A stretch of 64,000 nucleotides of DNA, taken from positions 2,208,001 through 2,272,000 of the forward strand of contig CATQHZ020000001.1 of the NCBI GenBank assembly GCA_958296135.2, in the 5' to 3' direction. This document shows positions 1 to 9,092 of the stretch, one piece after another. Source of the stretch: an uncultured Poribacteria bacterium. Its GTDB lineage: Bacteria > Poribacteria > WGA-4E > WGA-3G. Position 1 is the stretch's first letter; each line of letters starts with the position of its first letter. The notes below the pieces were generated by a model. That model worked only from the letters and a program-made list of their open reading frames with translations, had not been told where the DNA came from and did not search any database. A program made the translations under genes and the position numbers.

Positions 1-369
1 AGAAGGCGAAATGATTTCAACAGCGAGGTCCGGCGGAATTGGGGCGGCTTTTTTCTCATCTTCGGGGACACGTGCCGCTGAAAGAAACGCGACATCCGGT
101 TTGAGCACGCCCTCGCCTACCCGAAAACCCGTTTCTACGAAAACCCTTGCGTCTAGCCGATTCTCGCGCATATACAAACGCAAACATCCACTGACATTCG
201 CGCAGATCCTACCGTGTTCCAAGGACGTAGCGGACATAGGCACTAACTCTCCTTTCACGTACTCATAATCGTCCAAGTCGCTTGTTAGGAATTCCTCCAA
301 CGTCATCGTGCCGGGCACCGGCGCAGGCATCTCTGGCGGAAATCCGTGCGTCTCAATAGGATTAACCAT
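1..369 (-). CDS. Uma2 (DUF820) family endonuclease, 3' end runs off the window
   Basis: Manual minus-strand translation gives MVNPIETHGFPPEMPAPVPGTMTLEEFLTSDLDDYEYVKGELVPM...GFRVGEGVLKPDVAFLS...PIPPDLAVEIISPS, a clear paralog of the four genes at 48916-51420. GGAGG lies upstream of ATG 369 (alternative ATG 378). Absent from the ORF track because it is truncated. Confidence 0.85.
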   Translation of the reverse strand, partial: MVNPIETHGFPPEMPAPVPGTMTLEEFLTSDLDDYEYVKGELVPMSATSLEHGRICANVSGCLRLYMRENRLDARVFVETGFRVGEGVLKPDVAFLSAARVPEDEKKAAPIPPDLAVEIISPS

Positions 370-404
370 CACCTTCATCCTCCCTTTGTAGTGTCGATTT
401 TACG

Positions 405-433
405 TTGACTTCTGCCAACGTTTATGCTATCAT
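405..433 (+). promoter_or_regulatory. Putative sigma70 promoter for the HTH-MBL gene
   Basis: TTGACT-N17-TATCAT with TG extension, in the divergent intergenic region. Confidence 0.5.
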
Positions 434-544
434 TTATGATACCATGTTACGCGCATATTTTCAATGCCATTTTTCGAGCCAAACACAAGCGGGAGACAGG
501 CCCCCGCCCTACGGCGAAAGAAATCGAAATAGGAGAAAACCACC

Positions 545-1372
545 ATGTCATACGCACTTGAAGACGAATTCGGCGATATTATCGGGAAAGCCAGACGCGG
601 GCAGCACCTCAGCCTCGCGCAAACGGCAACTGCCGCGGGGATACCCGAACCGCAACTCTCTCGCATGGAACAGTATACCTTAAAACCGACAGAAGCGCAA
701 GTCTACCAACTCGCAGAAGTGCTGAATTTAGATGGCACCAAACTGCTGGACATCGCGACAGAACGCTGGGCACCGAATCCGGCGCAGCCCTCTGCGAATG
801 CGGCACTAGATGTTGTCACCATCAGCGCGCCTGTCGGCGGCTGGCCCGTCAACGCGTATCTCTTAATCTGCAAAGCGACAGATGAAGCGGCGATTGTTGA
901 CACGGCGGCGCACCCGAATCTTATCCTCGAACAACTAGACGCGCGCAAAGTTCAGCCTACCGCGATCCTACTGACGCACGCACACAGCGATCACGCGGAT
1001 GGACTTCCGCAGCTCCAACAGGCCACCGGGTCACCGACTTATCTCCATAAGAACGAACCGAAACCGAGGAGCGGGCAGCAACTAAAAACGGTCGACCACG
1101 GCGATGTCCTCACTGTCGGGGAGCTCATGGTAACCGTCGTTGATACGCCCGGGCACACCCCTGGCGGCTGCAGCTTCCTGACGCAAACCGCGGCGTTCGT
1201 CGGCGATGCCATCTTCGCAGGTTCCATCGGCGGACCTAACATCTCTTATGACGATGAGATTCATAGCGTCCGCGATAACCTGCTCTCGCTGGTAGACGAT
1301 GTCAGACTATTCCCCGGACACGGCCCTGCGACAACCGTCGGCGAAGAGAAGGCGCATAACCCGTTTTTCTAA
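545..1372 (+). CDS. MBL-fold metallo-hydrolase (glyoxalase II-like) with N-terminal XRE-like HTH
   Basis: THAHSDH (HxHxDH), TPGHTPG, GDAIF and PGHGP motifs; N-terminal 70 aa are HTH-like; AGGAG RBS. Confidence 0.85.
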   Translation: MSYALEDEFGDIIGKARRGQHLSLAQTATAAGIPEPQLSRMEQYTLKPTEAQVYQLAEVLNLDGTKLLDIATERWAPNPAQPSANAALDVVTISAPVGGWPVNAYLLICKATDEAAIVDTAAHPNLILEQLDARKVQPTAILLTHAHSDHADGLPQLQQATGSPTYLHKNEPKPRSGQQLKTVDHGDVLTVGELMVTVVDTPGHTPGGCSFLTQTAAFVGDAIFAGSIGGPNISYDDEIHSVRDNLLSLVDDVRLFPGHGPATTVGEEKAHNPFF

Positions 1373-1483
1373 CAAGCCTTCCGGAAAATCGTACGCTGTG
1401 CGCGCTGACAACGCGCGCCTACGGGACAAGCATTAACGGACAGATATAGAAATCTATCCTTACGATAAAGGGAATTTGAGACA

Positions 1484-2506
1484 TTGCTGGCGTATCTCAT
1501 TCAACGTTTCCTCTCCATCGGTTTATCGCTTTTGGGTGTGTCGCTCCTCGTTTTTTTCATGGTGCATCTCATCCCCGGCGATGCCGCGCTCGCCATTCTG
1601 GGTGAACGCGCCACGGAAGAATCGCTCACTGAACTCCGAAGGGAGATGGGACTCAACAAACCGCTGTATCAGCAATACGCGAAGTTCCTGTGGGACATCG
1701 CGCACCTTGATTTCGGACGTTCGTTCAAAACAAAGCAGCCCGTCATCGAAGAGATTCAACGCTATTTTCCGGCAACGGTTGAATTAACCTTCGCGGCGAT
1801 GGCATTTTCAATCCTTTTCGGCATCAGTGCCGGCATCGTCGCCGCCATCTATCGCGGCAGATTCTTGGACTATTTCTCCATGTCCACTTCGCTCGCGGGC
1901 ATCTCCATGCCGATTTTCTGGCTCGGGCTAATGCTGATTCTGCTCTTCTCTCACATCTGGCCCATCTTGCCGAGCACGCAACGTCTGGATGCCATCCTTG
2001 ATTTGGACATTGAGCATCGCACCGGTTTCTACCTCATCGATACGTTGCTCATGGGCAACTTCGCCGCCTTTCGGAATGCCATCGCGCACCTCATCCTGCC
2101 CGCGATTACCTTAGGCACGATTCCGTTAGCCATCATCGCACGGATGACCCGGTCCAGTTTGCTGGAGGTGCTCAATCAACCTTATATCACTACAGCGTAT
2201 GCGAAAGGTTTGTCGCGGTGGAAGGTTATCGGCAAACACGCAATGAAAAATAGCATGGTGCCGGTGCTGACTATCATCGGACTGGAATTCGGGTACCTGA
2301 TGGGCGGCGCGATTCTGACAGAATATATTTTCTCCTGGCCCGGGCTCGGTTCGTGGCTGCGCGATGCCGTGGAGGCACGCGACATTCGTCCCATCCAAGG
2401 CGGTGTCCTCTTCGTCGCGACGATTTTCATGTTGGTGAACCTTTGCGTAGATCTGCTTTACGTCTACTTCGATCCGCGCATCCGGATTGGAGAGGAAACG
2501 ACATGA
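1484..2506 (+). CDS. Peptide/nickel ABC transporter permease (DppB/OppB-like)
   Basis: HLIPGDAA, DFGRSF, EAA-like loop YITTAYAKGLS, C-terminal YFDPRI; TTG start. Confidence 0.9.
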   Translation: MLAYLIQRFLSIGLSLLGVSLLVFFMVHLIPGDAALAILGERATEESLTELRREMGLNKPLYQQYAKFLWDIAHLDFGRSFKTKQPVIEEIQRYFPATVELTFAAMAFSILFGISAGIVAAIYRGRFLDYFSMSTSLAGISMPIFWLGLMLILLFSHIWPILPSTQRLDAILDLDIEHRTGFYLIDTLLMGNFAAFRNAIAHLILPAITLGTIPLAIIARMTRSSLLEVLNQPYITTAYAKGLSRWKVIGKHAMKNSMVPVLTIIGLEFGYLMGGAILTEYIFSWPGLGSWLRDAVEARDIRPIQGGVLFVATIFMLVNLCVDLLYVYFDPRIRIGEETT

Positions 2507-3369
2507 GCAACGCAACAACCGTCAACAGCCAAATCTCGCGTTTTCGCAGAGCACGCTTGCGAGCCGCGCGCTACCCCTCTGCTATCATCGGCGTATCGAT
2601 TATCCTGTTCTTCGTGATTGTCGCCATTTTTGCGCCGCTGATTGCAACGCACGACCCGAGGCAGGCGAACGTCGTTGAACGTCTACAAGGCAGTTCCGCT
2701 GAACACTATCTCGGCACCGATGGAGTTGGCAGAGATCTGTTCAGCCGAATCGTCCATGGAACCCGTATCTCGCTCAAGGTGGGTTTCATGGCGACAGCGT
2801 TTTCGCTTGGGTTCGGCACCCTTTTCGGGGCGATTGCAGGCTATTACAGTGGGTGGTTGGAGAACGTTATCATGCGCGCGATGGACATTATGCTTGTTAT
2901 GCCGAGCATCTTGCTCGCCATGGTCATCGTGACGATTTTAGGACAGAGTCTTACCAACGCGATTATTGCGGTTTCTATCGTCTACATTCCACAGTATGCG
3001 CGCATCCTACGTGCCTCTGTGCTCAAAGTGCGCCAACTTGATTATGTGATGGCCGCCAAAGTCATCGGTGCAAGCGATTTGCGGATTTTAACGCGGACGG
3101 TCCTGCCGAACTGCATCGCGCCGCTCATTGTGCAGGCGACGCTCGGTATCGGTGCAGCGATTTTAGATGCCGCGGGGCTGAGTTTCCTCGGCCTTGGCGC
3201 GGAAATCGGGGAGCCAGAGTGGGGCGCGATGCTCAACGAAAACCGCAACTTCATCCGTCGCGCGCCGCTAACGGTGACTGCTCCCGGCATGGCGATTTTC
3301 CTCATCGTGCTAGCGTTTAACCTGCTCGGCGATGCCCTCCGCGACGCGTTGGATCCGCAGATAAATTGA
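2503..3369 (+). CDS. Peptide/nickel ABC transporter permease (DppC/OppC-like)
   Basis: HYLGTDGVGRDLFSR, YVMAAKVIGAS, GLSFLGLG, LGDALRDALDP; ATGA overlap with the upstream stop fixes the start at 2503. Confidence 0.9.
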   Translation: MSNATTVNSQISRFRRARLRAARYPSAIIGVSIILFFVIVAIFAPLIATHDPRQANVVERLQGSSAEHYLGTDGVGRDLFSRIVHGTRISLKVGFMATAFSLGFGTLFGAIAGYYSGWLENVIMRAMDIMLVMPSILLAMVIVTILGQSLTNAIIAVSIVYIPQYARILRASVLKVRQLDYVMAAKVIGASDLRILTRTVLPNCIAPLIVQATLGIGAAILDAAGLSFLGLGAEIGEPEWGAMLNENRNFIRRAPLTVTAPGMAIFLIVLAFNLLGDALRDALDPQIN

Positions 3370-3402
3370 TAGCATTGAGGCAGCGCGCATACCGGAAGAA
3401 AG

Positions 3403-6261
3403 TTAACTCTGTTGTTCCACAATGCTAATCTCCCCCGCGGTGAGCCCGTACAACGCGTAGACGTGCCGGTCAATTTCCTTTGCCAACTCGGATGTATCCG
3501 CATCCGGATTAGCCGCTTTTGCCGAGAGAATTTTGTCAACTAATGCGACAATCGGACGCTGCGCCTCTTCCGCCGGGACAACCGCCGGCAACTTCCTGAC
3601 AACAGCAACCTTCACTTGTGCCTGACTTTTCCCTGCCTCCTGCGAGACAAAGTGGTAGACAAAATTCAGCAACCGGCTATTGAACAACGCTAAAAAATAC
3701 TTGAGGTTCACGCGTGGCAATTTCGGGAGGATGGTATAGAGCGTGTTATCCGTGTAAAAACGCCCCGATTCCGCCTCGCTGTGATATGCGACAATCAAAT
3801 CGTCGTCAGTTTGCCGCATGAGGAGCCGCTCGGGTTGGTGGTGATTTTCAATGGGGCCCCCGAAGCCCCAGTACTCGTTTCGGCGGCTCGGTTTTCCGCC
3901 TCTGCCGATGCCGGGAATCGGCAGAGGTTCATAGTCAATCTCACAGAACCGATACTGCGCCTTCGGCGAATCCCACTGCACAGAAAATCGTTGAATCTGC
4001 CGGCCTTGTAACAAGCGATGTCTGCCGCCGTTGTCTTCCTTAAAGAAGAGCTTCTTTCTAACGTTTCCAGAACTGATGCCAGTATCCAAGATACGACAGA
4101 ACTTCTCTATGGCATCAAAGGTTAGAAGCCGCAGCACCCAGACGTTTCTGCCGCTCAACAGGAGTTTCTGGTCTGGCATCTGACGAATTGTTGCGTAGTC
4201 AACCTTACCTCTTGACTGATAGCGGAAATCAGGGAAATGGAGCTCGCCGCTCATGTAGGAGGCATGCGAACCGCCTACTGCGTCTTTCAATAGGACAAAA
4301 ATGGCAGTATAAATCGCAGCGTCAAACGTCTGTGCGGGTACCTTGACGAGATGAATGAGCCTGTTCTCCAAAAGCAAGTCTCGAATCGGCCGCTTTTTGG
4401 ACAGCGCGACATAACTATCATTGGCGATATATGAAAGAATACCTTTTTCGGCGACAAGATCGAACCCCGCGAAGATAAAGTAGTCGCATAAATCACCTAC
4501 CCAACCGTAGTGCTGTTTCAGTTGCTCGCGCAGCATGGAACTCAAATGCTCACCTTTGGCATACGGCGGGTTGCCGATAACGATGTCAAACTTGGGGAGG
4601 CGGCAAGGTTCCGTTGTCCTTCCGAGGAGTGTGTCCGCGCAGAAAAAGTGCGTCTTTAACTCTGGCAAGGCAGGCATCTCTCGATTTTCTCCTAACTCAG
4701 CAATGAGAGAGAGGAAAAGGCGAAACTTGGCAATCTCTATCGCCATCGGTTGGATGTCCACGCCGTAGATGCAATTTTTGATGAGATAGAACTTGCGGCT
4801 GTAATCGGGTGCATTTCTTTCAAAGACTTCTTCGCGTTCCGATTTTTGAATGTTGGCACTTTGTAACTGCCGCCATTGCGTATTGCGAGGATCGAGTTTG
4901 CCAAGCAGAAAGACCAGGGTGTGCAGGATGCCCATCGGAAAAGCACCGGAGCCACAACCCGGGTCAAGAATTTTGAGCGAGTCAATTTTCTGAATCAGTC
5001 TTGCAGTTTCCCAGTCGGTGAACCGATGGGGCCTATCCCTATAAGCAAAAAGATGGCGGAGTCTCGTATCTATGTCCGAATTTTCGCCCAACGCATTCTT
5101 AAAATAGGCGATGAGTGACTCCTCTACCATGAAATCGACAATTTCGCGCGGGGTGTAGAAAGAGCCGGTCTGCTTGCGTGTAGTAATGCCAGCTTCGGGA
5201 TGAGCGGTGGCGAGCAGGTTTTCAAAGATTCTTCCGAGCACTTCCGGATCGAGCGCGACGACTTCCTCAAGCGGCGTATTCTCGGCAATCGTGAATTTGT
5301 ACCGGTCGAGGATATGAACGAGGACGCGCTGCGATTGCTTTTCCCGGCAGGCGCGCGGTCTTCGTTCAATGCGGCTGAGAAGTTGCTCTAACTCATTTTC
5401 GTCACAGAACTCCGGTAACACGAGCCCCTTCTCCTTCAGAAACCCGACAAAGATGAGCCGCGTAATGAGACGAATGACGCACGTCGCATTGCGCACCGCT
5501 ACATCTTCACCTGCATCGGCAGGAAACCGCACCTTGTCCACCGCCCAGAAATACCAATCCGCAATCTCCTTGTAGAAGCGTCTGTTGAGCACGGAGATAT
5601 CCAGCGTTTTCTGCCACGCCTGATGCAACTCCAAGAAATTGCTGAACTTGTGTGCACGATAGAGCGGAGCCAGGGACAACTCCGCCAAGAGCTCAACGTG
5701 TGCACGATGTGGGGAGACAACATCAATATCCTTGATGAAGCTCACCTTTTCAAGCACATCACGTCCGCTTTCGCGCCGACCAGGCCTTCGGTGAATACTC
5801 GCGAAGGTAAGCGAGCTTCCGTGCTGAAAAATGAGCAGTGCCGGCATGGCGAACACTTTGTTAATTTCACGGGTGATGTGCGCAAGCGCAGTGCGGTTGT
5901 AGGCCTTCCCCCGCAATTTCACGGCGAGGTAAAGATAAGACTGATAGATGCTCGGCTCAAAGGTGTCCCCGGGACCTAACTTGGTGTCCCGCCCTATTCC
6001 CTTGCTGAGCTCGTCATCGGTAATCTGGAAGAGGAAATCAAGGGTGTCCCATTCATGGAGCAGTGCCTTTTCAGGGTTTAGTTGCCCGTAACTATTGAAC
6101 ATCTCCGTGAATCTTTCGGCGGTATTCGGTTCAATCTTGAGCGTCCTATCGCTCTTGTAACCCAGCACGCTGAGGAGGCTGCGCGCGTTTTCGGCGAGGT
6201 TACCGTCCGGGAAACGGCTGAGGGCACCGCGAATCTCGTCTCTGCGTTGTGCAGAAATCAT
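3403..6261 (-). CDS. Eco57I/type IIG-like N6-adenine DNA methyltransferase with TaqI-like C-terminal specificity domain
   Basis: GSFYTPREIV, ILDPGCGSGAF (motif I), IYGVDI, DIVIGNPPY (motif IV), C-terminal YFLALFNSRLLNF...EIDRHVYALYGLT. Confidence 0.85.
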   Translation of the reverse strand: MISAQRRDEIRGALSRFPDGNLAENARSLLSVLGYKSDRTLKIEPNTAERFTEMFNSYGQLNPEKALLHEWDTLDFLFQITDDELSKGIGRDTKLGPGDTFEPSIYQSYLYLAVKLRGKAYNRTALAHITREINKVFAMPALLIFQHGSSLTFASIHRRPGRRESGRDVLEKVSFIKDIDVVSPHRAHVELLAELSLAPLYRAHKFSNFLELHQAWQKTLDISVLNRRFYKEIADWYFWAVDKVRFPADAGEDVAVRNATCVIRLITRLIFVGFLKEKGLVLPEFCDENELEQLLSRIERRPRACREKQSQRVLVHILDRYKFTIAENTPLEEVVALDPEVLGRIFENLLATAHPEAGITTRKQTGSFYTPREIVDFMVEESLIAYFKNALGENSDIDTRLRHLFAYRDRPHRFTDWETARLIQKIDSLKILDPGCGSGAFPMGILHTLVFLLGKLDPRNTQWRQLQSANIQKSEREEVFERNAPDYSRKFYLIKNCIYGVDIQPMAIEIAKFRLFLSLIAELGENREMPALPELKTHFFCADTLLGRTTEPCRLPKFDIVIGNPPYAKGEHLSSMLREQLKQHYGWVGDLCDYFIFAGFDLVAEKGILSYIANDSYVALSKKRPIRDLLLENRLIHLVKVPAQTFDAAIYTAIFVLLKDAVGGSHASYMSGELHFPDFRYQSRGKVDYATIRQMPDQKLLLSGRNVWVLRLLTFDAIEKFCRILDTGISSGNVRKKLFFKEDNGGRHRLLQGRQIQRFSVQWDSPKAQYRFCEIDYEPLPIPGIGRGGKPSRRNEYWGFGGPIENHHQPERLLMRQTDDDLIVAYHSEAESGRFYTDNTLYTILPKLPRVNLKYFLALFNSRLLNFVYHFVSQEAGKSQAQVKVAVVRKLPAVVPAEEAQRPIVALVDKILSAKAANPDADTSELAKEIDRHVYALYGLTAGEISIVEQQS

Positions 6262-6539
6262 TGTGAATGCTCCTCGATTTCTACCTGCGGTTCATCGGCA
6301 GTTCGATTTAGACGCGAGTGATGCATCGCCCAATAGATGCCTGCTGTCAAGACACCACCGACAAGGGTTGCAAGGAACCACATCGGTGGACTCACGAAAA
6401 TCGTGGAGTGTCTGATGGAGAGCCGGTCAGCATCCCTATAGACTGCAAACGCAAATATGATATGCACCAGAACCGTTAAAATTCCAACTAGGATAGACAA
6501 GCTGCTCAAAATAGTAAAATCGATCAAATCGAAATTCAT
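6258..6539 (-). CDS. Small two-TM membrane protein, hypothetical
   Basis: Two hydrophobic segments; AGGAG RBS; stop overlaps the MTase start (ATGA). Confidence 0.7.
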   Translation of the reverse strand: MNFDLIDFTILSSLSILVGILTVLVHIIFAFAVYRDADRLSIRHSTIFVSPPMWFLATLVGGVLTAGIYWAMHHSRLNRTADEPQVEIEEHSQ

Positions 6540-6607
6540 TTTTTCTCCTTACCAACCAGAACAAACCCGGTAGGCGTGCTTTCAAAGCGCGCCTACCAGA
6601 AGTCTCG

Positions 6608-7648
6608 TTAAACTGCAACGCCGATCTCTTCGCGCCAAGCGTCTAACAACTGCATGTTGCCGAGCGTGTCATCCCACGGCATCGCCGGTGCCTGCCGCGC
6701 CGCGATATGGTTCGCCACCATCTCCGCTTCATACGTAAAGAGATCTTTGTCGACAGGAACAGTTATCTCCGAGGATTCGCCCTGCAGATGCGACTGAACG
6801 ATGAGTTTCGTTGAAGGAAAGGTTGTGCCCGGCGGCAACGGCTGTTTAGCGTGGCGGCACACCGATGAGGGAAGCCAAGGCTCCGGAATCGTGAGAGAAC
6901 CCTCCGAACCGTAAATCGTCACGCTACTGCCGAGACGACACTCCACGGCACAAAATATTTCCCCGATGATGTCGTTCTCAAACTTCAGCGTTGCCGAGGC
7001 GATGCCATCTACGCCAGTCGATGTCAATGTCCCATTCGCTTTCACCGAAATCGGGTTCAAAAACGGCTTGTTATCGGCGGCACCCGCCATCTTCCGCACC
7101 ATAGAAGCAGTGTAACACCCCAGGTCAAGGATACCGCCGCCGCCCATTTCACGGTTGAAAATGCGGCTGTCGGGGTTGAAATTGACGCGGTGGCTGAACG
7201 TCGCGCGAATGACGAGAACCTCGCCGATTTCCCCATCTTGTATCAGTTGAACTACCCGCTCGATCTGCGGGTGGCACCGATACATAAACGCCTCCATCAG
7301 AAACACATCGTTTGCGCGTGCCGCTGCTACCATCGCAGATGCTTCCGCGTGGTTCATGCTGATAGGTTTCTCCACCAGAATGTGCTTCTTCGCCTCCGCC
7401 GCCTTGATTGCCCACTCGGCATGAAGCGGGTGAATCGTCGAAATGTAGACAGCATCGACATCCTCGTCCGCCAAGAGGGCCTCGTAACTCTCGTATTGGC
7501 GAGGGATGTTGAAATCGTTGGCAAGTTTTTCTCTGCGTGATGACGTGCGGCTGGCGACAGCGAAAAGCTGTCCTGTATCCGTAAAACGCGTGCCGTTGCA
7601 GAATACGTAGGCGATGCCGCCGGCACCTATGACTCCCCAGTTTAACAT
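6608..7648 (-). CDS. Gfo/Idh/MocA family oxidoreductase
   Basis: WGVIGAGGIA Rossmann motif, HILVEKP, GGGILDLGCY. Confidence 0.9.
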   Translation of the reverse strand: MLNWGVIGAGGIAYVFCNGTRFTDTGQLFAVASRTSSRREKLANDFNIPRQYESYEALLADEDVDAVYISTIHPLHAEWAIKAAEAKKHILVEKPISMNHAEASAMVAAARANDVFLMEAFMYRCHPQIERVVQLIQDGEIGEVLVIRATFSHRVNFNPDSRIFNREMGGGGILDLGCYTASMVRKMAGAADNKPFLNPISVKANGTLTSTGVDGIASATLKFENDIIGEIFCAVECRLGSSVTIYGSEGSLTIPEPWLPSSVCRHAKQPLPPGTTFPSTKLIVQSHLQGESSEITVPVDKDLFTYEAEMVANHIAARQAPAMPWDDTLGNMQLLDAWREEIGVAV

Positions 7649-7689
7649 CGGTTGTTTCCTCCTTTGTCGTTTTCCGAGACGAGAAAGTT

Positions 7690-7720
7690 CGCGAGGGACA
7701 GGTTTTCCCTCGCGCTACGG
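7690..7720 (-). repeat. REP-like palindrome (type A)
   Basis: Minus strand CCGTAG-CGCGAGGG-AAAACCTGT-CCCTCGCG, the same unit as in the arrays at 37.6 and 43.1 kb. Confidence 0.75.
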
Positions 7721-7722
7721 TA

Positions 7723-8919
7723 TCATTGCGATGCTGCCGCGGCGCGCTGACTTGCCAGCGGATGCATAACTCCCGCACCGGCGGGCCAAACCCCCGGTTC
7801 TGCCCTAATCCATTCACACAATTTTTGCGCGTGCGGTGTCAAGGCTTCCCAAATCTCATGCGGCATCACCGGACTAAAGCCGTGCGGTGTGCGCCACGGG
7901 GCGGCATACTCAACGTTCGGTAATGCGCGAACCTCCCGTGACAAATTCGGGGTTGCGCCGTGCCACGCGCGGTTATCTCGGAACACACCGGAACCAGCAG
8001 TAGCACCGACGAGTGTAGAGTGCCGCATCCAGTCCGGCTCCTCGCCAGGGGGCGGCGGCGATTGCTGTAGCGTATGAGTCCCCGGAATCTGCCGAATCGG
8101 GCCGTTTTCCCACGTCAGATCGCACATGACAAAGTTAATAGTCACCGTCGGCGGAGTCATCTCCATAATCAACTTTTGTGTCGGCACATCAAGATTTCCC
8201 GCGCTGTCCCTCTCTAACTTCACACCGACGCGTTCGGCTTGCGCAACCCGCGCTTCCGTGAGATGCTGCGGGTCGCGCCCATCGGGATGCAGGTGTTGAT
8301 ACTCAATCGCGCCCGGCAGACAGAGATCTCCGCCGGAACCCCACACGTGATAATCAGACGAGCCAAAAATTTCAGTGACGATAGGGGTTGTCGTCGACAG
8401 ACCGGTCATGCTTGCCCAAGCCGAGTCGTGTAGCATCTGCCGTGATGCGGAGGAGGTGCCGTAACTATAGCGGTGCGGCAAGCGTCCTGTCTCGGTGACA
8501 TATTTTCGGTTGCCGCGTCCCGGAATCGAGAGGATATCGCGCAGCACGCGGGCGCATCCTTCGCGCCACTGTGCGAGTTGCGCCGAATTCAGCAGATCGC
8601 GTACGACAACGAACCCGTCCCGATGGAAGATGCGCGCGGCGCGCTTGACTTCGTGCGGCTCACAGATTTCAAGCCCGCGGATGCCGTTGTGCTCGCGCAA
8701 ATGCTCGCGGAGTGCTTGAACACCCGGCTCATCGTAAACCCGGCGGCTCGGCGAAGTCGGGTCTGACACGCCGAACCCACGGTGACTCGGAAAGACGTTG
8801 CCCTCTGCATCTACCGTCTCATTCGGCGGCGTATTCTCATCCCATCCGACAAGCGTCTCGCCGAAAACCTGCATGCTTTCCAATTCTGCTTGAATCTGTT
8901 GTCTATTGATGTCTATCAT
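7723..8919 (-). CDS. Phytanoyl-CoA dioxygenase (PhyH) family Fe(II)/2OG oxygenase
   Basis: FHRDGFVVVRDLL, QHLHPD (HxD), NGPIRQIPGTH, RAWHG (distal His), SREVR. Confidence 0.8.
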   Translation of the reverse strand: MIDINRQQIQAELESMQVFGETLVGWDENTPPNETVDAEGNVFPSHRGFGVSDPTSPSRRVYDEPGVQALREHLREHNGIRGLEICEPHEVKRAARIFHRDGFVVVRDLLNSAQLAQWREGCARVLRDILSIPGRGNRKYVTETGRLPHRYSYGTSSASRQMLHDSAWASMTGLSTTTPIVTEIFGSSDYHVWGSGGDLCLPGAIEYQHLHPDGRDPQHLTEARVAQAERVGVKLERDSAGNLDVPTQKLIMEMTPPTVTINFVMCDLTWENGPIRQIPGTHTLQQSPPPPGEEPDWMRHSTLVGATAGSGVFRDNRAWHGATPNLSREVRALPNVEYAAPWRTPHGFSPVMPHEIWEALTPHAQKLCEWIRAEPGVWPAGAGVMHPLASQRAAAASQ

Positions 8920-9019
8920 GACGCATCACTCCCTCTCCATAAACGTGACAGGCGAGATAAATTATAGGATAATTTGAAATGTATCATAAAATCCTTTTTT
9001 AGGCAACGATTTTTTCGCA

Positions 9020-9048
9020 TTGACTTTCACACAGAGATATGATACACT
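9020..9048 (+). promoter_or_regulatory. Putative sigma70 promoter
   Basis: TTGACT-N17-TACACT with TG extension, upstream of the AAA ATPase gene. Confidence 0.5.
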
Positions 9049-9092
9049 AAATGAGCATCAATCTGGACGCGACAGGCAACAAGGAGAAAAAA

